64,000 bases of DNA from Anolis carolinensis (Eukaryota): positions 190,663,036-190,727,035 of the forward strand of contig NC_085842.1 in assembly GCF_035594765.1 (NCBI RefSeq), read 5' to 3'. The number at the start of each line of letters is the position of its first letter. Within the stretch, counting starts at the first letter, position 1. This document shows, in pieces, positions 13,001-23,260 of this stretch. The translations under genes were made by a program, and so were the position numbers. The notes beneath the pieces are model-generated. The model was not told where the DNA came from and made no database searches. It was given only the letters and a program-made list of their open reading frames with translations.

Positions 13001-16000
13001 ACAATGTATTTGGTGTGTCAGCAAAAGCTACCCACAACAGTTTTGTGCTACCGTGTTTCCCCGAAAATAAGACAGTGTCTTATATTAATTTTTGCTCCCA
13101 AAGATGCTCTAGGTCTTATTTTCAGAGGATGTCTTATTTTTCCATAAAGAAGGATTCACATTTATTGTTGAACAAAAAAATGAACATTTATTATATACTG
13201 TACAGCAGTTGTCATCACAAACCAGCATAACCAAACAAACTGTGAATCCTATCAAGAATTTCTCATTACTATCATTATTTCCATGTATATGGTACATACA
13301 TTTATCGATCCTGCATGCTCTGGTGTTCTGTTCAATGAGCATGCTTCCAAACAAAAACTTTTCTAGGTCTTACTTTCGGGGGAGGCCTTATATTTAGCAA
13401 TTCAGCAAAACCTCTACTAGGTCTTATTTTCTGGAGATGTCTTATTTTAGGGGAAACAAGGTAGGAATCCATGTTTATTGTATGCTTCTTTTTTAGCTAC
13501 ACTGGAAAGCGCAATACCTCCAACATGGCCATTGTTGATGTAAAGATGCTCACAGGATGTGTACCTGACCAGTCTTCTCTGCAAAAGGTAAATAATAGGC
13601 CATGGGGACAAAAAGGCCCTGTTTAGTACAAAAGCCAGAGTTGTAAGCAGGACCAATTGGAAATATAGACTTAGTGCCTAGGTGGAATTAAACCCAAGTC
13701 CTGTTAATAAATCATTATAATTTTCCTAAAAAAATAAATAAAAGGAAAACTCCTCTTTATAAATAATAATTTTCCTTGTTACAATTTCATTTTCCTTTCT
13801 TTGTTATTACACTATATAACCTTATTTTGGGTTATAAATGTCATTTTCTAATTGGTTACCATAAAAACATGGTAAAAGTTTACTAAACTGAAAACACTTT
13901 GTTTTTGTGGGACATCCTGCAACACATTTTGGTGTACTTTTTCAATGAATATCTCATAGAGTCTCAACCAATTGAACATACCGTGTTTCCCCGAAAATAA
14001 GACAGTGTCTTATATTAATTTTTGCTCCCAAATATGTGCTAGGTCTTATTTTCAGGGGATGTCTTATTTTTCCATGAAGAAGAATTCACATTTATTGTTG
14101 AACAAAAAAAATGAACATTTATTATATACTGTAGTGTAGTTGTCATCACAAACCGGCATAACAAGAATTTCTTGTTATAACCATTATTTCCATGTACAAC
14201 TGGTATGTACATTTACTAATCCTGTATGCTCTGGTGTTCTGTTTGGCAGGTGCTGGGCATACTTCCAAACAAAAACTTTGCTAGGTCTTACTTTCGGGGG
14301 AGGCCTTATATTTAGCAATTCAGCCAAAATTCTACTAGGTCTTATTTTTCGGGGATGTCTTACTTTCGGGGAAACAGGGTAGTTTGTGGCAGCCACAAAA
14401 ACAAAGTTTCCTGAGTATAACAACTACTTTCAGAGTAAGTACTTCACAATTAAACAGGATGCACTTTTAAACCAGGAACAGATTTTTTTCAAATTTTGTT
14501 ACGTTGTGTTATCATTGTACTCAGTTGAAAGCTTGAAAACATTTAGTAGGATAAAAAATGTCTCATTGTCTGTACCCCCAAAGAAAGAAGTAGAAAATAT
14601 ACAGTAAAAAAACCTTCAATTCTCTTATTAATGATTCCAAATGTTTTGGTCAAACCATACCTGGAATACTGTGTCCAATTCTGGGCACTGCAACTTAAGG
14701 GAGATGTCGACAAGCTGGAATGTGTCCAGAGGACGGCGAATAAAATTATCACGAGTCTGGAGAACAAGCCCTATGAGGAGTGGCTGAAAGAGGTGGACAT
14801 GATTAGCCTACAGAAGAGAAGGAGACATGATGGGGGCCATCTATAAAGATGTGAGGGAGAGTCATACGAAGAAAGGAGCAAGCTTGTTTTTTGCTACCAT
14901 GGAGATTAGGATGCGGAACAATGGCTTCAAACTACAGGAAAGGAGATTCCACCTAAATATTAGGAAGAACTTCCTAACTGTGAGAACTGTTCAGCAGTGG
15001 AACTCTCTGCCCCAAAGTGTAGTGGAAGCTCCTTCTTTGGAGACTTTTAAGCAGAGGCTGGGTGGCCATCTGTCGGGGTGCTTTTAATGCAATTTTCCTG
15101 CTTCTTGGCAGGGGGTTGGGCTGGATGACCCACAAGGGCTCTTCCAACTCTATAATTTGATGATTCTATGATAAGTAGGTCTTTCTGCATGGAGTCTGTA
15201 AAGTATCCCCACTAGGCTTTGGCAAGTTACTGATGCCATACTCTTTATGACTTATCTTGTAGTGGTTACTGACAGCTTTCTTTTGCTTTCTTGTTCATAG
15301 CTTCGTGATGACAGGGTTGTGATGAAGGTGGAAACTAAAGAAAACCATGTCATCTGTTACCTGGATGAAGTAAGTACAGCTCATATCTGTCCCACATTTT
15401 GTGGAGTATTACTGAATATACTTATGTATAAGACTAGAGGGACCCCTGGTGGCACAGTATGTTAAAGCGCTGAACTGCTGAACTTGCAGACCAAAAGGTC
15501 CCAGGTTCAAATCCTAGGAGCGGAATGAGTGCCTGGTGTTAGCCCCAGCTCCTGCTAACCTAGCAGTTCGAAAACATGCAAATGTGAGTAGATCAATAGG
15601 TACTGCTCCGGCGGGAAGGTAAGGGCGCTCCATGCAGTCATGCCGGCCACATGACCTTGGAGGTGTCTATGGGCAATGCTGGCTCTTCGGCTTAGAAATG
15701 GAGATGAGCACCAACCCCCAGAGTCGGACACGACTGGACTTAATGTCAGGGGAAACCTTTACCTTTACCTATAAGACTAGAAATGTTAGTCAAAAATCAA
15801 CCCCAAAAAAAACCTGCAGTTTATCAGTTTATCCGCAGGTCAATATAAGTATTATACCTCAACTCTTTAAAAAGGGGGGAATTTACTTCTCTGAGAAAAG
15901 TGACAAATGGCAAGAGCTTAGTTCATTCAAAGGAGTGCTGGGAGTAAAGAGAATTAGTGCCTCTTTTAAGTTCTCCCAGGAAATACATAGCTCTTGCCTT

Positions 16001-19000
16001 TTGCCATTCAACTCAGAGAAGAGGATGGTTCTTTTTTTTTAAAAAAAAAGGGTTAGCTGGCCCTCTGAGGTGGTGCTGAAGGTTTCACCTCTTTGTTAAA
16101 TGACCCTTGACTTAGCCATAAGTTATACAATATTTATTTATTTATTTATTTATTTATTTTATATATCGCTCTTCTCCCCCAGGGGGACTCAGAGCGGTCT
16201 TACATAATGGCAAGATTAATGCCGCATATGATACAAAATATAGTAAAAACCAACAATCGTAAAACACACTTAAAAATCAATATCATACCCAATTAAAACA
16301 GTAAAACACTGTGTGACTGTTATTCCATAATTTTGGCCCCCAAACCCATCCTCAACATATTCATGAGGTCGACCTATGTAGAAATATATACAGTAGGCAT
16401 GTGCAATCCAGGAAAAAAATGGTTCAATACTCGCTTCGAAAGTAGGGAGCGCTAGCGCTTAATTTATAAAGTCATTTCCGAATTTTGAAGCAAAAAATTC
16501 AAAACTTTCCAAAACTTCCTAATCTTCATATGTACCTCATTAATTGCGGATGCGCATACGCATGAATGGAAACATTATTTTCAATGGGAAAACTTTAGGG
16601 GTTTCCCTCTCCCTCATTTTTGAGCTATCCTAATGAAATTTGCTACAGTGGTAGAACACATTTACCACTGTTAACTCACCAAGTCTAAGAATGTTTGACT
16701 TATCCTTAGATTTTTGGCGAATTTTCAAAGTTTTTATTAAAAAACATTTTTTAATGATAACAAAAATCAGTTCGTAGTTTGGAAGTATTATTTCCTGTTT
16801 TATTGGGTTGTCTTTACTTTGAAAGTCATTGTTCTACTTCAAAAACTTTGTTTTTGTGGCTGAAACTTTGTTAAATTGGTGGAGGAAGACTCAACAAACT
16901 ATAATGTGCCATTTTCTATAGGATGATGTCCCTTGCGCGAAGACAAAGTTTTGGCAGTGTAATCAGGTTTCGCCATATTTTTGTGATAGAACCAATTAGA
17001 AAATGACATTTATCAACCAGGAACAGAAATTACAGCACACCATCAAATCACTCCTGACAGATGGCCATCAGCCTCTTAATAAGGAAATCTGTTCCTGGTT
17101 TGAAAATGTTATTTCCTGTTTCATTGGGTTTTCTGGAGCTGAGAGTGTGTGACTTGCCCAAGATCACCCAGTAGGTTTCCATGGCTGAGTGGGGAATCAA
17201 GCCACAATCACAGTCCAACTTTCAAACCAGTACACTATACCATGCTGTCTCAAAACGTTTTGCAAAAGTGTGTCTCCCTGTGCACAAAACTTGGAGCGAG
17301 GAATGGGTGGAAGGAAAAGAGGGAGGAAAGGGTGCCCTGTTTGCTGCTGCTGCTCCAAACAACCTGGGGCTGACTACCTGCTCTCAGAGGGCTCTCTCCT
17401 TGTCCAGCTCCCTCTGCAGCCTCTCCGCCCGGGCTTGCTCCTGAAGGCTCCGGGTCTTGCAGGCAATGCCTCCAAGGATCTCAGCCCCACTGCCATCGAG
17501 GAGGGAAGGAAGGAGAGAAGGAAGAAAGGAAAGAAGGAGGAGAAAAAGGAGAGGAAGGAAGCCACAGAAGCCTCTCTTGGCTTCCCTTCCTCCTTCCCTC
17601 CTTTCTTCCTTCCCTCCTTCCTTCCTTGCCTCCTCGATGGCAGTGGGGCTGAGATCCTTGAAGGCAGTGTCCGCAAGACCTGGAGCCTTCAGGAGCAAGC
17701 CCAGGCATAGAGGCTGCAGAGGGAGCTGGACAAGGAAAGGGGCCTCTGAGAGCAGGTAGTTAGCCCTAGGTTGTTTAGCGCAGCAGCAGTAAACAGGGCA
17801 CCCTTTCCTCCCTCTTTTCCTTCCACCCATTCCTCATTCCAAGTTTTGTGCACAGGGAGGCATACTCTTGCAAAACGCGCCCCTTCTGTTCCTCCTCCTC
17901 TTCAATGTATATTCAGGAGTGAAAATGCTCCAGGCTTGCTTTCTATGGGGCTCTTAAGCCTGATGCAGGAGATTGGTTGAAAACGCTTATATCCGAAGGT
18001 ATGGACTCCAGTGCTTCGAATTGGAAGGTTAATTTAGAAGTGCCAAACCACCTCGGAACTCTGTTCAAATGTATTATGATTAACGAATTTATTACGATTA
18101 ATGAGGATTCTGAATTAATCGCCCATGCCTAATATACAGTAACCAAAGAGAAGACTCACCACTCCTTTGTACTGTTATTTCTAGCTTTCCTACAAGGCAA
18201 CAAGTTTCAGTTTTGTGATTGTGCAAGATCTTTCTGTTTCAAATCTCAAGCCAGCTCCAGTGCGTGTTTACGACTACTATGAAATAGGTAGGTTTTGGAG
18301 GTGTGATATGCAATAGGACTTTGGCAGGTCAGATTAAGACCACATTGGACCCCCCCCCCCCCCAGCCCGGTGCTATTTGGTGGAAAACTTTCTAACTCGC
18401 TTTCATTTGGTTCCTCTTTTCCAGGGAGAGGGAATATTAATTTCATTTCCTTTCATTTCCCGCCTACCTTTGTGACCGTATCTCCTCCTATGAACCTACA
18501 CAATCTCTTCATTCATTGAAGGAGGCCCTCCTCTTGCTTCCATCTCCGTCACAAGTGCAGCTGGTGGGGATGAGGGAGAGGGCCTTCTCCATGGTAGCCC
18601 CTCGGCTCAAACTCGCTCCCCAGGGAGATTAGGCAAGCCCCCACCCTGGTAGCATTTAGGAAGAGTCTAAAAACTTGGTTCTTCCAACAGGCTTTCGGAG
18701 AATGAATCCCCCCCCCCCCCCTTTGATAGTCCTTGTACCATTGGCCATCTCCTCACATATTGCACTTTATTTTGCTTCTTCAGATTGTTTACATTAACAG
18801 GGCCCACCCCTTCCCAAGTTGCGTTCTCATTGTCGTTACCTACAAATTAACTACCTAGTGCTATAATATTCACTCATTTGCACCTTGCCGAGTTCGTTTT
18901 TATCTTCTGTTCCTGGGTGCCAAACCCGTGTTTCAGTATGATTATTTTTATATCTTGGTTATGTTCAGAGTGTTGCATTTCATATGTGTGTTTCTATTCC

Positions 19001-19098
19001 TTGTATGTTTTATTTGGTTTGCTGTTTTTATTCAGGCTTGGCCTCATGTAAGCCTCCCTGAGTCCCTTCAGGGAGATGGTGGCGGGGTATAAAAATAA

Positions 19099-19158
<60 letters not shown>

Positions 19159-19311
19159 TCATTGTTGTTCCCCCATTTTTCAGTGTATGTTTATGATTTG
19201 TTTAAATAGTTTGCCATAACATGTATGAGATGAGTGAATAATATATTATTTTCTCTAGATGAGACTGGTGTTGCTGAATATAAGTTTCCTTGCAATGCAG
19301 AAGATTCTTGA
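953..19311 (+). CDS. Ovostatin-like alpha-2-macroglobulin family gene, 3' portion (about 450 C-terminal aa: thioester domain remainder, CUB, receptor-binding MG8 domain); 11 coding exons, 5' part outside window
   Basis: GT-AG exons with consistent phases: 953-1034, 2247-2403, 4234-4308, 5091-5256, 6852-7072, 9254-9469, 11435-11559, 13497-13587, 15301-15369, 18185-18287, 19259-19311. Motifs [46 protein letters not shown]. Segments such as [29 protein letters not shown] look closer to avian ovostatin than to A2M (from memory). Confidence 0.93.
1480..1635 (+). mobile_element. 5S rRNA-derived SINE (degenerate)
   Basis: TGATCTTAGATGCTAAG...TAGTACTTGGATGGGAGACCACC resembles the 5S internal promoter, followed by a non-5S tail; related pieces ~1125-1215 and ~39310-39385 (-). 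Confidence 0.55.
2247..2403 (+). CDS. ovostatin-like exon (exon 26 equivalent)
   Basis: poly-T tract, ttag|G CTC ACT...AAG|gtac; [13 protein letters not shown]...GKLFNNALK. Confidence 0.95.
3258..3405. mobile_element. PIF/Harbinger-type MITE
   Basis: TIRs GGGCCCCTTCTACACTGCCATATAA / TTATATGGCAGTGTAGAAGGCGC, TTA TSD; relatives ~32750-32890, ~34100-34206, ~43594-43710. Confidence 0.75.
3612..3910 (+). mobile_element. Sauria SINE
   Basis: tRNA-like head GGAGCCCCGGTGGCG...GGTTCAAACCC, (ACCTTT)n tail, TSD ATGTTTGACTCA. Confidence 0.88.
4003..4079. mobile_element. Short hAT MITE
   Basis: TIR CAGGCATGGGCA / TGCCCATGCATG, 8-bp TSD CTCTAAAT; longer relative at 43427-43542. Confidence 0.8.
4234..4308 (+). 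CDS. ovostatin-like exon (exon 27 equivalent)
   Basis: ccag|GGA GGA...TCG|gtattc; [25 protein letters not shown], 75 nt. Confidence 0.93.
5091..5256 (+). CDS. ovostatin-like exon (exon 28 equivalent)
   Basis: tacag|CAC CCA...GTA G|gtgagt; [13 protein letters not shown]...LAYAFGLAG. Confidence 0.94.
5620..5742 (-). mobile_element. Penelope-like element pLTR fragment
   Basis: Reverse complement matches the 49647-49765 unit (CTGAAG.TGCCAGCCACA...GGCCAT.CAGCCCGGAAACCAC). Confidence 0.7.
6852..7072 (+). CDS. ovostatin-like exon (exon 29 equivalent)
   Basis: tcag|GT GGT...CAG|gtaaag; GGSLYWER...[13 protein letters not shown]...[12 protein letters not shown]. Confidence 0.95.
7739..8853 (-). mobile_element. 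5'-truncated LINE-1 (ORF2 C-terminus and 3'UTR)
   Basis: Frameshifted ORFs with L1 C-terminal motif CWK...[10 protein letters not shown]; 15-bp TSD AGTACTCTGAATCTT (7724-7738, 8854-8868); TT/AAGA-type target. Confidence 0.88.
9254..9469 (+). CDS. ovostatin-like exon (exon 30 equivalent)
   Basis: tcag|GAC ACA...CAG|gtaaaa; [13 protein letters not shown]...GNGCVFVQ. Confidence 0.95.
9981..10254. mobile_element. Non-autonomous DNA transposon (CAGGGCCGTAGC TIRs)
   Basis: CAGGGCCGTAGC...GCTACAGGCCTG with internal G-run/C-run repeats; no convincing 8-bp TSD. Confidence 0.55.
11435..11559 (+). CDS. ovostatin-like exon (exon 31 equivalent)
   Basis: ccag|ACA ACT...GCC AG|gtatct; [27 protein letters not shown]. 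Confidence 0.94.
12024..12346. mobile_element. Tc1/mariner (Tigger-like) MITE
   Basis: TIR CAGTAGAGTCTCACTTATCCAAC, TA TSD; other copies 20471-20792 and 34873-35180. Confidence 0.88.
13051..13461. mobile_element. Tc1/mariner (pogo-like) MITE, copy 1
   Basis: TA|CCGTGTTTCCCCGAAAATAAGAC...GGGGAAACAAGG|TA. Confidence 0.85.
13497..13587 (+). CDS. ovostatin-like exon (exon 32 equivalent)
   Basis: tttag|C TAC ACT...AAG|gtaaat; [30 protein letters not shown], 91 nt; absent from ORF track. Confidence 0.94.
13810..14508. mobile_element. Chapaev3-like MITE carrying a nested pogo-like MITE (13981-14379)
   Basis: CACTATATAAC...GTTACGTTGTG ends with TTA TSD; nested copy has TA TSD and matches 13051-13461. 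Confidence 0.7.
14640..15172 (+). mobile_element. CR1 LINE 3' fragment
   Basis: LEYCVQFWA...[21 protein letters not shown]; ends in ATGATTCTATGA. Confidence 0.9.
15301..15369 (+). CDS. ovostatin-like exon (exon 33 equivalent)
   Basis: catag|CTT CGT...GAA|gtaagt; [23 protein letters not shown], 69 nt. Confidence 0.92.
15439..15769 (+). mobile_element. Sauria SINE
   Basis: Same consensus as 3612-3910; TSD TATAAGACTAGA; inserted in an older Tc1-like element (~15410-16393). Confidence 0.87.
16394..18131 (+). mobile_element. Composite non-autonomous hAT element with internal 622-bp palindrome
   Basis: TIR TAGGCATGTGC / GCCCATGCCTA, perfect 8-bp TSD ATATACAG; sister copy at 55686-56562. Confidence 0.88.
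17256..17877. repeat. Long inverted repeat (arms ~300 bp, loop ~15 bp)
   Basis: CGTTTTGCAA...GAAGCCA pairs with TGGCTTC...TTGCAAAACG; mirrored ORFs on both strands in the ORF track. Confidence 0.92.
18185..18287 (+). CDS. ovostatin-like exon (exon 34 equivalent)
   Basis: ctag|CTT TCC...ATA G|gtaggt; [34 protein letters not shown], 103 nt. Confidence 0.93.
19100..19157. repeat. (ATT)n microsatellite at the tail of an L2-type fragment (~18430-19100)
   Basis: Direct reading; preceded by GTAAGCC.CCCTGAGTCCCTT...GGCGGGGTATAAA tail motif. Confidence 0.85.
19259..19311 (+). CDS. ovostatin-like last coding exon (exon 35 equivalent; exon probably extends to a donor at 19334)
   Basis: ctctag|AT GAG ACT...TCT TGA; (D)[16 protein letters not shown]; ATG|gtaagt donor 23 nt after the stop. 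Confidence 0.88.
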
Positions 19312-20418
19312 GCCCTCTGGATATTTTGAGGATGGTAAGTTGGAAAGCAGAAACATCAGACTTTGGAAGTAAAATCCTGGCTGACATTATCATGGTGGGA
19401 CATTTAAGGTTAGGGAAGAAACTACATAAAATATGTTTCTTGACATTTCAAGTTGTCAAAATGAGCTATCATATAATCTATTGTGGGAGAAAGTACATTT
19501 TTATACTCTGGAAGCTTTTGCTTTGTTCATAAATTTTCAAAGCATTCAAGGCACTCAGTTGGTAATGGCATCGTTAGCTGTTTAGTTGATTTCATGTTCC
19601 AGACTCTTTTTTTATTTATAAAGCCATCTCAGCAAAAGTGAAGGTCAGTATAGACAGAAGATGAGCAAAGGAAGATGTTTAATGCTGTTTAAAACAGTGT
19701 TTTTCTATTACTTATTGGGGAATTACTAAGTTGTACGTTGATTTGCATGACTTCAGCTGGCAATGAACTAAATCAGTGTCATGATAAAATCATAGAATTG
19801 GAAAAGACTGCCAGGGCTTATCCAGTCGAACCTCCTTCTGCTCTGTAGGAACACACAATACAAGTTAGCCTTTGTTAAAAAATTTCCAGAGAAGGAGAGT
19901 CCACCGCACACTCCAAGGTTATTACACTGCCAAATAGCTCTTAGTATTCTTTCTAACATTCAGGTGAAATCTCACAATATTGTGTCAATTTAAAAGAAAT
20001 CTAGCTCTATTTATATGGATATGAGATTTCAGAGTATTTATGGTCTGTTAAGGTCACATGCAGGCAAAAGTCTTAATGTATATGAGAGTTGGGATACACA
20101 ACTCCCAAGGAGAAGATGGCTCCAGCCCCTCTCCCACTACTGCTGACAGACAGGCTCTAAATTAAAGCTTTTTAGACTACACCTCCCAAGATAGTCACTG
20201 TTTTTGAATGGATAGGGTTTACTTGGAAATGATGATCCACTAGCCATAGTGTTGAAAGACACTGTAGTTCAATTGAATAGCTTTTCCAAGCTATGTTCTT
20301 AATCATATATCTTTCCAGGCTGGCGCATTAGGAAACCACATGGCCAAGGAAAACATTCTTAGGCAAGGGGAAACAAAAGTTGTGCCCAGACAAATGTGTA
20401 TTATGAACTTGGGACAGC

Positions 20419-20471
<53 letters not shown>

Positions 20472-20799
20472 GTAGAGTCTGACTTATCCAACACTCGCTT
20501 ATCTAATGTTCTGGATTATCCAACGCATTTTTGTAGTAAATGTCTTCAATACATCGTGATATTTTGGTGCCAAATTCGTAAATACAGTATTTCCTACATA
20601 GCATTACTGTGCATTGAACTACTTTTTCTGTCAAATTTGTTGTATAACATGATGTTTTGATGCTTAATTTGTAAAATCATAACCTAATTTAATGTTTAAT
20701 AGGCTTTTCCTTAATCTCTCCTTATTATCCACAATATTTGCTTATCCAACGTTCTGCCGGCCCGTTTATGTTGGATAAGCGAGACTCTACTGTAATAAT

Positions 20800-22590
20800 A
20801 ATAATAATTTATTAATACTATCTCCCCAATGTGGACTCAGGGCGGCCAACAACATGTAACGGCAAATTTTCAATGCCGTATAATACAATCAACTAATAAA
20901 TAAGACATACCATAAATTAAAAAAACACATTAAACATCGACATCAAACAATAATGAGACATTACCACCAAGTTAGACAACACACTAAAATTACATTTTAA
21001 CTCAACTATTATAACAAGACTTAAAATTTTAAAATAAGTAAAATGTTTAAAAACATTAAAGTTTAAAGGTTATAAAACCAAAGTAGCAGCCATTTCCATG
21101 TTCCAAGCCGAGCTGAATATTTCATCTGAATATTTCATTATATGCTTGCGAGCATAAGAAAGTTTTTAATGATTTTTTTAAACAAGAGAAGGGTAGGAGC
21201 AATTTTAATTTCCTTAGGGAGGGAGTTCCAAAGGTGGGGGCAACTGTGGAGAAGGCCCTTTCACTCGTTCCCACCAGCTGTACCTGAGACGGGGGTGGGA
21301 CAGAGAGCAGGTCCTCATCCGCTGATTGCAGTGTCTAAACAGACATATACAGAGATGCAGTCAGCTAAGTAGTCTGGACCTGAACTGTTTACGGCTTTAA
21401 AGATAATAACCAGCACTTTGTATTTCACCCAGAAACAAACTGCTAGGCAGTGGAGTTGCTATAATGTGGGAGTAGTTCTCAGTTAGTAATCTGGCCACTG
21501 ATCTTTGGCCCAGTTGAAGTTTCCAAACAGCCTTCAAAGGCAGCCCCACATAGAGCGTGTTGCAATAATTTAATCGTGATGTAACTAGGGTGTGGACTAC
21601 CATAGTCAGATCTGGCATCTCAAGGTACAGGCAGAGGCGGTCCAACCGCCCGCCGAGGGAAGCATTTGCCTGTGGCGCTATCGTCCCAGGGGCACAGTCG
21701 AGCCCCTGGGAGGATGGCGCTGCCACTCACCTCCTTCTCCTTTGTGCCTGGGCCTTCCCGCCGTGGCCCATGTGCCCTGGCCCCGCCTCCCGTGCAGCGC
21801 AGGAGGCGGGGCCAGGGCACGTGGTGTGGGAGGCATGGCCAGACCTGGCCCCGCCGCCCACGCCATGCGGCCTGGCCCAGTCAGACTGGATGGGCCTTCT
21901 CGCCATGGCCTGGCTGAGCGGGAAGGTCCATCCAGGCCACGGCAGGAAGGCCCAGCCCAGCCACGCTGGCTGGGCCTTATTTATTTCTTTATTTAATACA
22001 TTTATATCCCGCCCTTCTAACCCCGAAGGTGAGAAGGCTTACAAATTAAATTTACATACAATATATTATCAGCATAGCACAATACTGGCAATAAATTACC
22101 GCCTTCCCACCGCGGCCCACGCGCCTTGGCCCCGCCAGGAGGCGGGGCTGCCTGACACGGGTGGCGTGGTCGCCTGATGCGGGAGGCTGGGCCAGGGTGC
22201 ACGGCATGAGACGCAGGGCCAGGTCTGGCCACGGCTCCCGTACCGTGCGGCCATGCCTCCCGCGGCACGGGGGGGGGCATCAAAATTCATTTTGCCTACT
22301 AAGACAAAATACCTATGCACGCCTCTGGGTACAGGCACAGCTGGTGCACAAACTTTAATGGTGCAAAGGCACTCCTGGACACCACCAACACCTGGGTCTC
22401 TAGGGTCAGCAATGAATCCAAGATTATCCCCATGTTGCAGACCTGTGACTTCAGGGAGAGTCTGATCCCATCCAACACAGGTTGCAACCCTATACCCTGA
22501 TTGCCCTTGTAACTGACCAGGATCACCTCAGTCTTGTCAGGATTTAGTTTCAGTTTATTAGCCCTCATCCAGTCCATTACTGATGACTGA
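20800..22590 (-). mobile_element. L2 LINE fragment interrupted by an hAT insertion
   Basis: WMRANKLKLNPDKTEV and VHTLVTSRLNYCNTLYVGLP on the minus strand. Confidence 0.82.
21632..22327. mobile_element. GC-rich non-autonomous hAT element
   Basis: TIR CAGAGGCG / CGCCTCTG, perfect 8-bp TSD GGTACAGG (21624-21631, 22328-22335). Confidence 0.85.
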
Positions 22591-22597
22591 AACTACA

Positions 22598-23085
22598 TCT
22601 TGACAAGACAGAGGTACTCCTGGTCAGTTGTACGGCGGATCAGGATATGGGGATACAACTCGTAATGGGTGGGGTCACACTTCCCCTGAAGACACTGGTT
22701 TGCAGTCTGGGAGGGTAATACATTGCTGACCCTGAAGCCCCAGATGTCAGAGGTGACCAAGAGTGCCTTTGCACAATTAAAGCTTGTACGCCAGATGCAC
22801 CCATACCTTGGGACACCAAATCTGGCTACGGTAGTACGTGGACTACTGCAATGCACTCTATGTGGGGCTGCCTTTAAAGAGCGCTCACAGCTTCAACTGG
22901 ATCAGAGATGAGCAGCCAGGTTACTAACAAGCTCCATACAGGGAGAAAACAACTCCCATGTTACAGCAGCTCTACTGGCTGTCAGTTTGTTACCAAGCAA
23001 AATATAAAGTGCTGGTTGTTACCTTTAAAGCCCTAAACAGTTTGGGTAAAGACTACCTGACAACCCACCTCTCCTCATATGAACA
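22598..23085 (+). mobile_element. L2 LINE fragment; another homologous piece at ~25590-25850
   Basis: DKTEVLLVS...SAFAQLKLVRQMHPYL...CNALYVGLPL. Confidence 0.8.
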
Positions 23086-23260
23086 CACTGAAACACTGCA
23101 GCCGACACACTAGCGTGTTGCAACACACACTTTGGAAAGCACTGGTTTATGCCTTAAGTATCTATAACTACACCTGAGAATTATTATGTTGCATGGGTCT
23201 GATTACCTCTCACTCAGTCACTTGATTACAATATTGGTTTTATCTTTCTTGTTTTCCCAG

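Noticed and set aside
17149-17980. Overlapping 100-173 aa ORFs on both strands
   Set aside because: By-product of a GC/purine-rich palindrome inside an hAT element; low complexity, no recognisable domain.
21590-22358. 195-aa and other ORFs, or a CpG-island gene promoter
   Set aside because: Lie essentially within a TIR/TSD-bounded transposon; stop-poor because of GC content.
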